A stretch of DNA of 64,000 nucleotides, taken from contig PFEU01000008.1 in NCBI GenBank assembly GCA_002793515.1, positions 6,824-70,823 on the forward strand, in the 5' to 3' direction. Source of the stretch: Candidatus Uhrbacteria bacterium CG10_big_fil_rev_8_21_14_0_10_48_16. Lineage in GTDB: Bacteria > Patescibacteriota > Patescibacteriia > UBA9934 > GWF2-40-263. Within the stretch, counting starts at the first letter, position 1, and each line of letters starts with the position of its first letter. A program made the translations under genes and the position numbers. The notes beneath the pieces are model-generated. The model did no database searches, had not been told where the DNA came from, and saw only the letters and a list, made by a program, of their open reading frames with translations. Below are positions 29,267 through 37,732 of the stretch, piece after piece.

Positions 29267-30508
29267 TTATTTTTTACGTGCTTGTACGTAGTAGATTATA
29301 GCAAATAAAACAACGAGTCCCAAGAGAACCGGGATAACTGGAATTGATTCCCACAAAAAATTTCCATCCATGTCGATTTCCTCTTGTGCTCTTTCACGAA
29401 TAGCACCCACTTCACCATCCTCTTCTAAGCCTTCTGGTCGGTTCAAGTCCGTGCCTTCAGGATACACACGCACAGAAGTACTTCCATACACCGTATTTCC
29501 AGCTCGATCTAATGCAGCCACACGAAAAAAGTACGTCCCAACAGGAAGATCCTCTATCTCGAGCGGACTTATTTGTGTTTGAAACTCACTGTCATTAATA
29601 GCGACCTGATATTCAGCAACCCCTGACAACTCATCTGTCGTTCCAAACACAAACCACGCAGATTCTCCCTCGAGAAGTTTTGTTTGTTGTGCTGTCAGCG
29701 TAATAGGATTTGGAGAAGTTCGGTCAATCTGCACAACATAATTCACCTGCTCCGTTTCACGACCGTCTTCTTGAAGCCCTTTAAGATGAAAGTAATAAAT
29801 ACCATCTTGTTCCGCAATCACTGATAGATCCGTCGTTTCTGCTGGGAGTGAAATATCTGCTTCTGCCGTTGGATTATTATCAAAACGATAAAAATACTCA
29901 CGAATAGGACTCTCTCCTTCAAGATCCTTCCAAGAAAAAAGAGCAACATCTAACGAAGACCATGCTTGCTGATCTGGATGTGTACTACTTTCAACAACTA
30001 ATACAGCCGTTCCTAGATCTGCTTCCTCGGACACGGAAACAAAAACAGAAGCTTCTGCGAGAACACTCACGTCTATCCGCTCTTCTCCCGCAGAGATCGC
30101 ATGCGAATCGCCAGAAATCGCGACACGCCCCTCCCCTGCTTCAAGAGCAAGAAACGTAATAACCATCACAGATTCTTCTGTTGAAACAGCCTCTCCTAGC
30201 GTAAATGCTCCCCAAGAAATCTTTCCGTTAACATTATCGCGGTAATTTCCTGGAGCTGTCCTATCAAACGAACCACTCAGCCTCACGTTTTGTGCTTGCA
30301 TGACGGTTGGATCGAAGGTAACGACCGCACGAACGGTATCAAGAAGCTCTCCTTGCGGATCCACATGCACCGTAACCTCAAAAAACTCACCGCTCACAAC
30401 ATTGTAGGCAGACTGATCAAATTGGAATACCGCACTTCCCGAAGCTCGCATAACACTCGGAACCATCAGAGCCACGAAAACGAGCATTCCGAGAAAAAAA
30501 TATCTCAT
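29267..30508 (-). CDS. Secreted surface protein: N-terminal cohesin-like domain, Ig/FN3-like middle domains, C-terminal TM anchor
   Basis: Signal peptide MRYFFLGMLVFVALMVPSVMRASG. Cohesin-like beta-sandwich pattern FQFDQSAYNVVSGEFFEVTVHVDPQGELLDTVRAVVTFDPTVMQAQNV…PGNYRDNVNGKISWGAFTLGEAVSTEESVMVITFLALEAGEGRVAISG. C-terminal hydrophobic anchor IPVIPVLLGLVVLFAIIYYV followed by QARKK. Confidence 0.6.
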   Translation of the reverse strand: MRYFFLGMLVFVALMVPSVMRASGSAVFQFDQSAYNVVSGEFFEVTVHVDPQGELLDTVRAVVTFDPTVMQAQNVRLSGSFDRTAPGNYRDNVNGKISWGAFTLGEAVSTEESVMVITFLALEAGEGRVAISGDSHAISAGEERIDVSVLAEASVFVSVSEEADLGTAVLVVESSTHPDQQAWSSLDVALFSWKDLEGESPIREYFYRFDNNPTAEADISLPAETTDLSVIAEQDGIYYFHLKGLQEDGRETEQVNYVVQIDRTSPNPITLTAQQTKLLEGESAWFVFGTTDELSGVAEYQVAINDSEFQTQISPLEIEDLPVGTYFFRVAALDRAGNTVYGSTSVRVYPEGTDLNRPEGLEEDGEVGAIRERAQEEIDMDGNFLWESIPVIPVLLGLVVLFAIIYYVQARKK

Positions 30509-30526
30509 AGAGTTTCTAAGTCCCTT

Positions 30527-31426
30527 CTAGACTTCAACACCCCAACGCGCAATCATCATTGAAAAATCATAATCATCCACCGTCGAGTCTTCATTAAAAT
30601 CTCCTTCTCGATCATTCTCTCCCCACATCCCAATAAAACGACTGAGATCATAATCGTTTACTGTTTCATCATTATTCACGTCTCCGATCAATCGGCGATA
30701 AATCTCATACACGATTGAGGCGGAGCTTGCTGATCCATCTAACCCAACGACCGTAAAACTATTCTCTCCATACGACAGGGACACATAATCTTGCCAAGAC
30801 GTAGTGGTTGGATACGTAACTGATTCTGAACTTCCATCCACCGTCACAAGGTCGACATCTTCATCCTTGGTTCCATACAAGAGAAACGTTTGCGTATAGG
30901 TAAACACAAGATCTTCAATTGCACTTGAAACAGACGGTGACTCAGGTGCAACGGTTCCTCCACCACCGCCACCCCCGCCTCCACCGCCTCCTCCACCACC
31001 ACCAGAAGGAGCTGTTCCAGAACAAGAGCTTGTGACAAGGGCACAAGCAGAACTACAGGTAAGTGTCCCTGTTTCAAATCCCTGGGTCACGCAGGTCTTA
31101 CTATCAAGGTTTAAGCCATCACATGTTTCTCCGGGATCCACGAATCCATCACCACAATAATACTGAAATCCACTTCCTATTTCTTCTTCGTAACTTGTAC
31201 TTGTGATACTTCCTGCATAAGGATCAATCGCTCCTTGCAACTGATAACTTGTTGATTCAAGCATGTCAGAAGCATTTGTATACCCATCCGTTGCTGGAGC
31301 AAGAAAACCGGCTTCAGGAGTAATCTGATAACTTGATGAAGAAACGGCCCCCACCCCTAACGGAAAAACAGCCAAGGCAAGGGCAAAAAATAGAATAGGT
31401 GCGTTCGTATGTTTCATATCACTCAT
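30527..31426 (-). CDS. Secreted protein with a Cys-rich module, a 16-residue poly-Gly linker and a C-terminal type-I dockerin module
   Basis: Signal peptide. CGDGFVDPGETCDGLNLDSKTCVTQGFETGTLTCSSACALVTSSC; a 16-residue poly-Gly run. C-terminal duplicated Ca-binding dockerin segments DVNNDETVNDYDLSRFI and GDFNEDSTVDDYDFSMMI, both matching D-x-N-x-D-x-x-x-[ND]-x-x-D followed by a helix. Confidence 0.7.
   Translation of the reverse strand: MSDMKHTNAPILFFALALAVFPLGVGAVSSSSYQITPEAGFLAPATDGYTNASDMLESTSYQLQGAIDPYAGSITSTSYEEEIGSGFQYYCGDGFVDPGETCDGLNLDSKTCVTQGFETGTLTCSSACALVTSSCSGTAPSGGGGGGGGGGGGGGGGTVAPESPSVSSAIEDLVFTYTQTFLLYGTKDEDVDLVTVDGSSESVTYPTTTSWQDYVSLSYGENSFTVVGLDGSASSASIVYEIYRRLIGDVNNDETVNDYDLSRFIGMWGENDREGDFNEDSTVDDYDFSMMIARWGVEV
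30958..31008 (-). repeat. (GGN)n simple repeat encoding the poly-Gly linker
   Basis: Plus strand reads ccaccaccgccacccccgcctccaccgcctcctccaccaccacc, which encodes G16 on the minus strand. Confidence 0.7.
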
Positions 31427-31464
31427 GGACCAAATTCAAACGGAAACAATGATTTAGCCAAAAC

Positions 31465-32472
31465 TTATACCGAAAGCGGATCGTGTCCCGTTGAGACCTC
31501 TTCTCCATCAAGATATCCATCTCCATCGGTATCCGCATTCTCAGGATCTGTTCCATAGGTTTCTTCTTCTGTGTCTGTAAGACCGTCCGCATCTGTATCA
31601 ACCTCTTCCTCTGTTTCTACAACCTCTTCATCACCAAGATCATCCTCTCCATACGCCTGCTCATCCCACGTTAAAAGATCCGTATACGCAATCGTATGAA
31701 GCACATTCCATTCCATATCAGTGTCTGGCATCTTTGCGTATTTCTGACCGAACAGAATTAACGCATGTTCTTCTGCAGAAAGATCCCGTGGGGATCCTTG
31801 GCAACCACCGTAGGCAATACAATGAAGCGCCTCCCAGTCATTTGCGCTTGATGGCATGCGTGCATAAAACGCCCCAAAATAGACCAATGCTTGTGCTTCG
31901 AGTTCTGCATCCTTTTCATAATCAGAAGTCTCTTCCTCAACCACCTCTTCGCTTGCCTCCTCTGCATCTATATCAAAAGACGTACTATCAATTTTTTCCT
32001 CTCCATCGGAGATGAGTTTTGAATTGCTTGAAATCGCAAGATCAATCTCTTGGTCCGTAAGAGCTTCGAATGTAACCGTTGCGATGACACTTGTCTGCGT
32101 AACAGGATCGCCGTACTTGTAGGCTCCAAACGTCAACACACCTGTCGTGTTATCGATCTCGTACTCTGGAGAAAGACTTGGAAAAGATGAATCTAGATCA
32201 AACCATGTCGCTTCTAGTAAGGAAGCGTCATAGACGATTTCTACTCGCACGGTATCAATCGATTCTCCGTTGGGAGCCACGATCACATCAGCCGTCACCA
32301 TCTCCCCTGCTAAAACAGTCATCTCTGACACAGAAAGGGAAAGCATCGCAGAACCTTCTGCAGACGCAACATGCACACCAACTTGCGAAAGCAAGAAGGC
32401 GAAAATGAATAGAGGGAAAACAACCTTTCTCATAGAGTGTATGGGGAAACGCATGTTTAAAAATCGGACCAT
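31465..32472 (-). CDS. Secreted protein: N-terminal cohesin-like domain, duplicated W/Y-rich repeat, C-terminal thrombospondin-type-3-like Ca-binding Asp repeats
   Basis: Signal peptide (…VFPLFIFAFLLSQVGVHVASA). Cohesin-like LSLSVSEMTVLAGEMVTADVIVAPNGESIDTVRVEIVYDASLLEATWFDL…VIATVTFEALTDQEIDLAISS. Repeats ALVYFGAFYARMPSSANDWEALHCIAYGG / ALILFGQKYAKMPDTDMEWNVLHTIAYTD. C-terminus DTDADGLTDTEEETYGTDPENADTDGDGYLDGEEVSTGHDPL. Confidence 0.6.
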   Translation of the reverse strand: MVRFLNMRFPIHSMRKVVFPLFIFAFLLSQVGVHVASAEGSAMLSLSVSEMTVLAGEMVTADVIVAPNGESIDTVRVEIVYDASLLEATWFDLDSSFPSLSPEYEIDNTTGVLTFGAYKYGDPVTQTSVIATVTFEALTDQEIDLAISSNSKLISDGEEKIDSTSFDIDAEEASEEVVEEETSDYEKDAELEAQALVYFGAFYARMPSSANDWEALHCIAYGGCQGSPRDLSAEEHALILFGQKYAKMPDTDMEWNVLHTIAYTDLLTWDEQAYGEDDLGDEEVVETEEEVDTDADGLTDTEEETYGTDPENADTDGDGYLDGEEVSTGHDPLSV

Positions 32473-32566
32473 GCCTCATTTATTAAAAGTATAACATACG
32501 AAAACATATTTCAAAACAAAAAAGTCACGATTCAAGCGACTTTTATACACACGTCTTTTCCCTTCG

Positions 32567-33874
32567 TTAAGACTCTCCCCGAAGAAAGAAGTGTGTCGTT
32601 TTTAACAGAATCAAAATATCAAAAAGAAAAGATCTATTCTTAATATAGTACAAATCATATTCAAACTTCATTTGAGAATCGACAACCGATCGTGCATACC
32701 GAAACTTAATCTGCGCCCACCCGGTAATTCCCGGCTTAATAAAATGGCGCACATGGTAGTACGGAATCTCCGCCTCTAATAAATCAACAAATACCGGACG
32801 TTCTGGTCGAGGGCCTACCAGACTGAGATCTCCTCGAAGGACATTTAACAACTGTGGAAGCTCGTCAAGATGCGTCTTGCGCAATATCCGCCCAACCGCT
32901 GTCACACGCGCATCTTGCTTCGTCGCCCAGGCAGGTCCGTTTGACTCTGCATCAACCCACATGGTTCGAAACTTGATAATCGAAAACAGTTTTCCATTCT
33001 TTCCCATGCGTTCTTGCGTATAAAAAACGGAGCCTCCATCGGAAAACTTAATGGCCGTCACAAGAACGAGCCATAGAGGAGCTGTTAACCCAAGGAGGAA
33101 TAACGAAACACTCACATCAAAAAACCGCTTCACGTGTTGATATAAACTCGCATCCTTCTCTTGAATATTTCGTAAAAACCATCGATGATCGACGGTCGAG
33201 AGCGGAATACGTTTTGCAAAGAGTTCATACGCTTGTGCGGTATCAAGAAAGATCACCCCTTTTCCAAGACAGGCATAAACCTGCTGAGCTCCAACGGGAT
33301 CGGATAAATTCACAGAAGGGAGAACAACCATGTTTAGCTTCTGTTCTTGAATATGAAAGGAAAGATGCTCGGCAGATCGCAACGGCACACACACATGTCC
33401 CAAATGCGTGCGATCACGAATCATCGACTGAAGTTCGTCTACCTCTTTATGACTCCCCACAACACCTATGACCAACGGAGCGATACGAGCCATGTTCGAA
33501 AAAAACACCCGTCTCCAAATCAAACTCAATATCCCAAACACAAGGACATGAAACAACAGAATCACTTTCGGAGAAATGCTTGAAAAAGAAATCGTATAAA
33601 AATAAAGGACCCCTACTAAAAAAGCTACGACAAGGGCAACGGAAAATTGACTCACTCGCTTGAGAGAAACGCGAGAAGATAATTCGTAGGCATCAAACAC
33701 ATAAAAAATCACAAACCAAATCAGGTACAAAAACGTGAATGCGGGAAGGTGTTGATAGACCACTCCCTCATCAAAATTCTCCCCAAAACGAACCATCAAG
33801 ACAAGGAACAATGAAACGTACATCAAAATCACGTCTCCGCTTAAAAGGATCAGTTTTTGCCCTCTAAAATCCAT
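32567..33874 (-). CDS. Polyprenyl-phosphate hexose-1-phosphate transferase (bacterial sugar transferase, WbaP/WcaJ-like initiating PGT)
   Basis: 435 aa, 4-5 N-terminal TM helices. C-terminal catalytic domain PLWLVLVTAIKFSDGGSVFYTQERMGKNGKLFSIIKFRTM…DELPQLLNVLRGDLSLVGPRPERP is the Bac_transf signature. Confidence 0.85.
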   Translation of the reverse strand: MDFRGQKLILLSGDVILMYVSLFLVLMVRFGENFDEGVVYQHLPAFTFLYLIWFVIFYVFDAYELSSRVSLKRVSQFSVALVVAFLVGVLYFYTISFSSISPKVILLFHVLVFGILSLIWRRVFFSNMARIAPLVIGVVGSHKEVDELQSMIRDRTHLGHVCVPLRSAEHLSFHIQEQKLNMVVLPSVNLSDPVGAQQVYACLGKGVIFLDTAQAYELFAKRIPLSTVDHRWFLRNIQEKDASLYQHVKRFFDVSVSLFLLGLTAPLWLVLVTAIKFSDGGSVFYTQERMGKNGKLFSIIKFRTMWVDAESNGPAWATKQDARVTAVGRILRKTHLDELPQLLNVLRGDLSLVGPRPERPVFVDLLEAEIPYYHVRHFIKPGITGWAQIKFRYARSVVDSQMKFEYDLYYIKNRSFLFDILILLKTTHFFLRGES

Positions 33875-33923
33875 ATGGGCTTATTGTGTGCTATTTTCAG
33901 ATACGTGTAAAATACACCCATCT

Positions 33924-34886
33924 ATGACCTCACAAACCATTCTCATCACGGGAGGTGCCGGTTTTATTGGCTCACACCTCGCCAAACGGCTTATTGAAGA
34001 GGGTCATGAGGTTATTATTATTGATAACTTCAATCCCTATTACGATCCTTCTTTAAAGGAGGCTCGTATCTCTCACCTCCTGAAAGATCTTCCTTACACC
34101 TTGTATCGGATCGACCTCGAGGACTTTGAGGCGGTTCAAAAGGTATTTGAAACACACGCCATTGATTTGATTGCCCACCAAGCCGCACAAGCAGGTGTTC
34201 GATATTCGATCGAAAATCCGCTTGTCTATGGACAAAGTAATCTCATAGGAACACTCAACCTCCTGGAGCTTGCAAAGCAATACCATATAAAAGGATTCAT
34301 CCTTGCGTCGAGCTCGTCTGTATACGGAGACGCAACCTCCTTTCCCATCAAAGAAACTGACGAAACAGACAAGCCGATTTCGTTATACGCAGCGACAAAA
34401 AAATCCTGCGAACTTCTTGCCTACTCCTATCACCATCTCTTTGAACTCCCTGTGACATGTCTACGGTACTTCACGGTCTACGGACCTTGGGGACGGCCAG
34501 ACATGGCGATCTTTTCTTTTACCAAATCCGCTTTTGAAGGAACACCGATCGATGTGTATGGCCAAGGAGACATGGCGAGAGACTTCACCTTCATCGACGA
34601 TCTCGTCGATGGCATCGTAAAAGCTCTTGAAAAACAACTCCCATGGGCCGTCCTAAATCTTGGCCGTGGCCAAGCCCAACCACTCATGGACTTTATTACA
34701 TCCATCGAAACGCATTCTGGAAAATCCCTTCAAAAAAACTTTTTAGACATGCAACCTGGTGATGTCCAAAAAACCTGGGCGGATATCACTCAAGCGAAAA
34801 CCCTTCTTTCATTTGAACCCAAGACTTCCATCGATGAGGGAGTTCAATCCTTTGTGACGTGGTACAAAAATTTCTATGACGTCTAA
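33924..34886 (+). CDS. NAD-dependent nucleotide-sugar epimerase (UDP-glucuronate 4-epimerase / CapI-like SDR)
   Basis: ILITGGAGFIGSHLAKRLIEEGHEVIIIDNFNPYYDPSLKEARI, a YxxxK catalytic region (YAATKKSCE), and the overall extended-SDR layout. The ORF-track start at 33888 is GTG and has been trimmed to the ATG at 33924. Confidence 0.8.
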   Translation: MTSQTILITGGAGFIGSHLAKRLIEEGHEVIIIDNFNPYYDPSLKEARISHLLKDLPYTLYRIDLEDFEAVQKVFETHAIDLIAHQAAQAGVRYSIENPLVYGQSNLIGTLNLLELAKQYHIKGFILASSSSVYGDATSFPIKETDETDKPISLYAATKKSCELLAYSYHHLFELPVTCLRYFTVYGPWGRPDMAIFSFTKSAFEGTPIDVYGQGDMARDFTFIDDLVDGIVKALEKQLPWAVLNLGRGQAQPLMDFITSIETHSGKSLQKNFLDMQPGDVQKTWADITQAKTLLSFEPKTSIDEGVQSFVTWYKNFYDV

Positions 34887-36000
34887 AAAGACAACGCGCA
34901 TCGCGGTCTTTTTTACCCATGGAGTCTCCTTAGAATTATGGGAACAGCGTGGAATGTTCTCACGAGAAGTGACCTTCTATGAAGAGCTCGCACGTGAGCT
35001 GGGAGAAGTGTGTTTCTTTACCTATGGTCGTAACGACGCACGGTTTGCTTCCAAACTTGGAACTCAAATTCGCCTCTTTCCAAAACGTCTCCCGGTCCCA
35101 AATCTCCTCTACGCCGTTCTTCTCCCCTTTCTCTACTGGAGGGAACTCTCACAGGTTCAAGCGCTTCGCATACACCAACTCGCCGGAGCGATCCCGGCAG
35201 TCATCACCCATTGGCTCATGTGCAAACCCCTGATTGTACGAGGAGGTTTTCAATGGCTCACCTTTGCTCGCAAACAAGGAGCCTCAAAACTCAAACAACG
35301 ATGTATTTCAATCATCGAACGTCTATCCTATCGGTCTGCAAACGTGATTATTCACACGACACAAGCGGATGCAACATTCGTTCAGAACCGATATGGCATT
35401 CACCCAGAAAAGATCCAGGTGATCCCAAACTATGTCGACACAGAGCTATTCAAACCAATGAACACACAAAAACACCCACAGAGTCTCTGTTATGTAGGAA
35501 GATTCGAAGAACAAAAAAATCTATTCAATCTCTTGGGCGCGATGGAAGGAAGCCAGATTCATCTTGTGCTCTACGGGGACGGATCTCTCAAATCTGAACT
35601 TGAGCATCGGGCAAAACAGTTAAACATCCATGCAAGTTTCATGGGGAGGATCGCAAATGAGGAACTTCCTTATGCCCTCAATACCTGTGAGGCATTTATC
35701 CTTCCTTCGTGGTACGAAGGAAATCCAAAAGTTCTTCTCGAAGCGATGTCCTGCGGGCTTCCCTGTATCGGCACCAACGTGGAAGGTATTGCGAGTTTGA
35801 TCAAAGATGGAGAAACCGGTCTCTTGTGCGACCCATCAAGTCCATCCATCGCACAGGCCATCCATACCCTCTTTGCCGATCAAGACTTCCGAAACCGACT
35901 GGGGTATACCGCACGTACACACATCCTTAAGAGTGTCTCTCTCACACAAGTCATTCAACGTGAATGCCCTTTCTACGATTCTCAACATGAACGCGTATGA
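34876..36000 (+). CDS. Glycosyltransferase family 4 (GT-B, retaining)
   Basis: C-terminal E-x7-E region PSWYEGNPKVLLEAMSCGLPCIGTNVEGIASLIKDGETGLL. ATG overlaps the upstream stop by 11 nt. Confidence 0.8.
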   Translation: MTSKKTTRIAVFFTHGVSLELWEQRGMFSREVTFYEELARELGEVCFFTYGRNDARFASKLGTQIRLFPKRLPVPNLLYAVLLPFLYWRELSQVQALRIHQLAGAIPAVITHWLMCKPLIVRGGFQWLTFARKQGASKLKQRCISIIERLSYRSANVIIHTTQADATFVQNRYGIHPEKIQVIPNYVDTELFKPMNTQKHPQSLCYVGRFEEQKNLFNLLGAMEGSQIHLVLYGDGSLKSELEHRAKQLNIHASFMGRIANEELPYALNTCEAFILPSWYEGNPKVLLEAMSCGLPCIGTNVEGIASLIKDGETGLLCDPSSPSIAQAIHTLFADQDFRNRLGYTARTHILKSVSLTQVIQRECPFYDSQHERV

Positions 36001-36629
36001 GCAAGCTTCTCCTCACCTTCGCCCTAACCCTCCACAGCTTTTCGTATAAACTCGCAAGTCGTCTTGCGATCTTTGCGGAAAACGGCTTGCATCCCAAACA
36101 TCGACTGATGAACTACCACCAGTTTTTTCTCGATCATATTCAGCCAGAAGATCGTGTCCTTGATATTGGATGTGGAAACGGCGCCCTAGCGTTTGATCTT
36201 GCGAAAAAAGCCACGCATGTGACCGGAATCGATCATAACGAAAAAAATCGTTCCACGTGGGAAGAGCGATTCGCTCGCAACAATCTCACCTATCTCGTTG
36301 CAGACGCAACAACATTCTCTCCAATAGAACCCTTCACCGTCATCGTGCTTTCCAATGTCCTTGAGCACATCGAACACCGATCCTCTTTTTTGAAATCCAT
36401 TACCCACCTTGCTCCCCTCTTTCTGATTCGTCTTCCTATGCTCAACCGTGACTGGATGACTCTCTACAAAAAAGAATTAGGACTCGAATACAGACTCGAC
36501 ACGACGCACTTTACCGAGTACACCCTAGAGACGTTTTCACAGGAAATGGCTGAAGCAGGACTCTCTATTCAATCTCTCTCCATTCAATTCGGTGAAATCT
36601 GGGCGGTCATACAATCCCCTCACACGTAG
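35997..36629 (+). CDS. Class I SAM-dependent methyltransferase
   Basis: VLDIGCGNGALAFDLAKKATHVTGIDHNE (motif I) and VIVLSNVLEHIE (motif II/III). The ATGA start overlaps the upstream stop. Confidence 0.7.
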   Translation: MSKLLLTFALTLHSFSYKLASRLAIFAENGLHPKHRLMNYHQFFLDHIQPEDRVLDIGCGNGALAFDLAKKATHVTGIDHNEKNRSTWEERFARNNLTYLVADATTFSPIEPFTVIVLSNVLEHIEHRSSFLKSITHLAPLFLIRLPMLNRDWMTLYKKELGLEYRLDTTHFTEYTLETFSQEMAEAGLSIQSLSIQFGEIWAVIQSPHT

Positions 36630-36632
36630 ATT

Positions 36633-37712
36633 ATGTTTGACTCCGTCAAAACAATGGTTCGAACCCTCGTAAAACGTTTCTTTAGTATTCCTAATCTTTG
36701 GAATAAGAACCACATCCATATTGTGACGGATGGCCATGATTGGGTCATTGGCGAAGTCTCAAAATTTCTTTCAACCGCCCTCTCTCAAAGAACCCTTGCA
36801 CAAGCCTCCATCAGTCCATTCTTCTACTTTCTCTCTGGAAAGGTCATCCATTTCAATTCCATCCCCGTCCCCCAACGTTTTCCAAAAAATAAGGTCATCA
36901 TGACGTGGTACCACATTCCAGAACACGACCCTCGGCTCTCAACACTAAGGGAACTTGAAGCACGTGTGGATCTCATTCATACATCAACACACTCCACAAA
37001 ACAGACCCTCGTTCAGCATGGATTCCCTCCAGAAAAAATTCTTGTGATCCCACAAGGAATTAACCTCACGCTATTCACTCCTGTATCGAAGGACCAGAAG
37101 AAAGAGATTCGAACGGCCCTAGGCATTCCTGAAAAGGCCTTCGTGATTGGTTCGTTTCAAAAAGATGGAGATGGTTGGGGGGAAGGGATGAACCCAAAGC
37201 TCATTAAAGGACCTGACGTGTTTTGTGATGTTGTTGAACAGCTCGCAAAAAAAATAGCGGTTCATGTGCTCTTAAGTGGCCCTTCTCGAGGATACGTCAA
37301 GGATCGACTGACGCGCGCCAACATTCCATTCACACACCAGTATCCAAAAGCATACAAAGACGTAAATCAGCTCTATCACGCCCTTGATGTCTATCTCATC
37401 TCTTCTCGCATAGAAGGAGTGCCGATGGCCCTGCTTGAATCGTGGGCAACAGGCATTCCGCTTGTCAGTACGCGTGTAGGAATGGTTCAAGACGTTGCCA
37501 AGCACGAATCAAACGCTCTTCTTGCGGATGTGGAGGATCGCGATAGGCTTGTTGGGCACATAGAAACCCTCTTTCACGATCATCATGTGAGAGACCATCT
37601 TGCACGCAATGGTCTTGAGTCCGTAAAAGCGTATGATTGGAGTGTCTTAATTGATAGATATTGGAAAGAACTCTACCAACCACTTCTTCGCAAGCCTTCC
37701 GTAAAGCACTAA
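36633..37712 (+). CDS. Glycosyltransferase family 4
   Basis: SSRIEGVPMALLESWATGIPLVSTRVGMVQDVAKHESNALLADVEDRDRL is the GT4 E-x7-E motif region. Confidence 0.75.
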   Translation: MFDSVKTMVRTLVKRFFSIPNLWNKNHIHIVTDGHDWVIGEVSKFLSTALSQRTLAQASISPFFYFLSGKVIHFNSIPVPQRFPKNKVIMTWYHIPEHDPRLSTLRELEARVDLIHTSTHSTKQTLVQHGFPPEKILVIPQGINLTLFTPVSKDQKKEIRTALGIPEKAFVIGSFQKDGDGWGEGMNPKLIKGPDVFCDVVEQLAKKIAVHVLLSGPSRGYVKDRLTRANIPFTHQYPKAYKDVNQLYHALDVYLISSRIEGVPMALLESWATGIPLVSTRVGMVQDVAKHESNALLADVEDRDRLVGHIETLFHDHHVRDHLARNGLESVKAYDWSVLIDRYWKELYQPLLRKPSVKH

Positions 37713-37732
37713 CGTTTCCGCATGTTGCGCAT

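Noticed and set aside
19603-33874. Prophage or integrative element explaining the surface-protein island
   Set aside because: No integrase, recombinase, terminase, capsid or tail genes; no flanking tRNA-adjacent attachment-site direct repeats found by eye. GC content is similar to the housekeeping regions.
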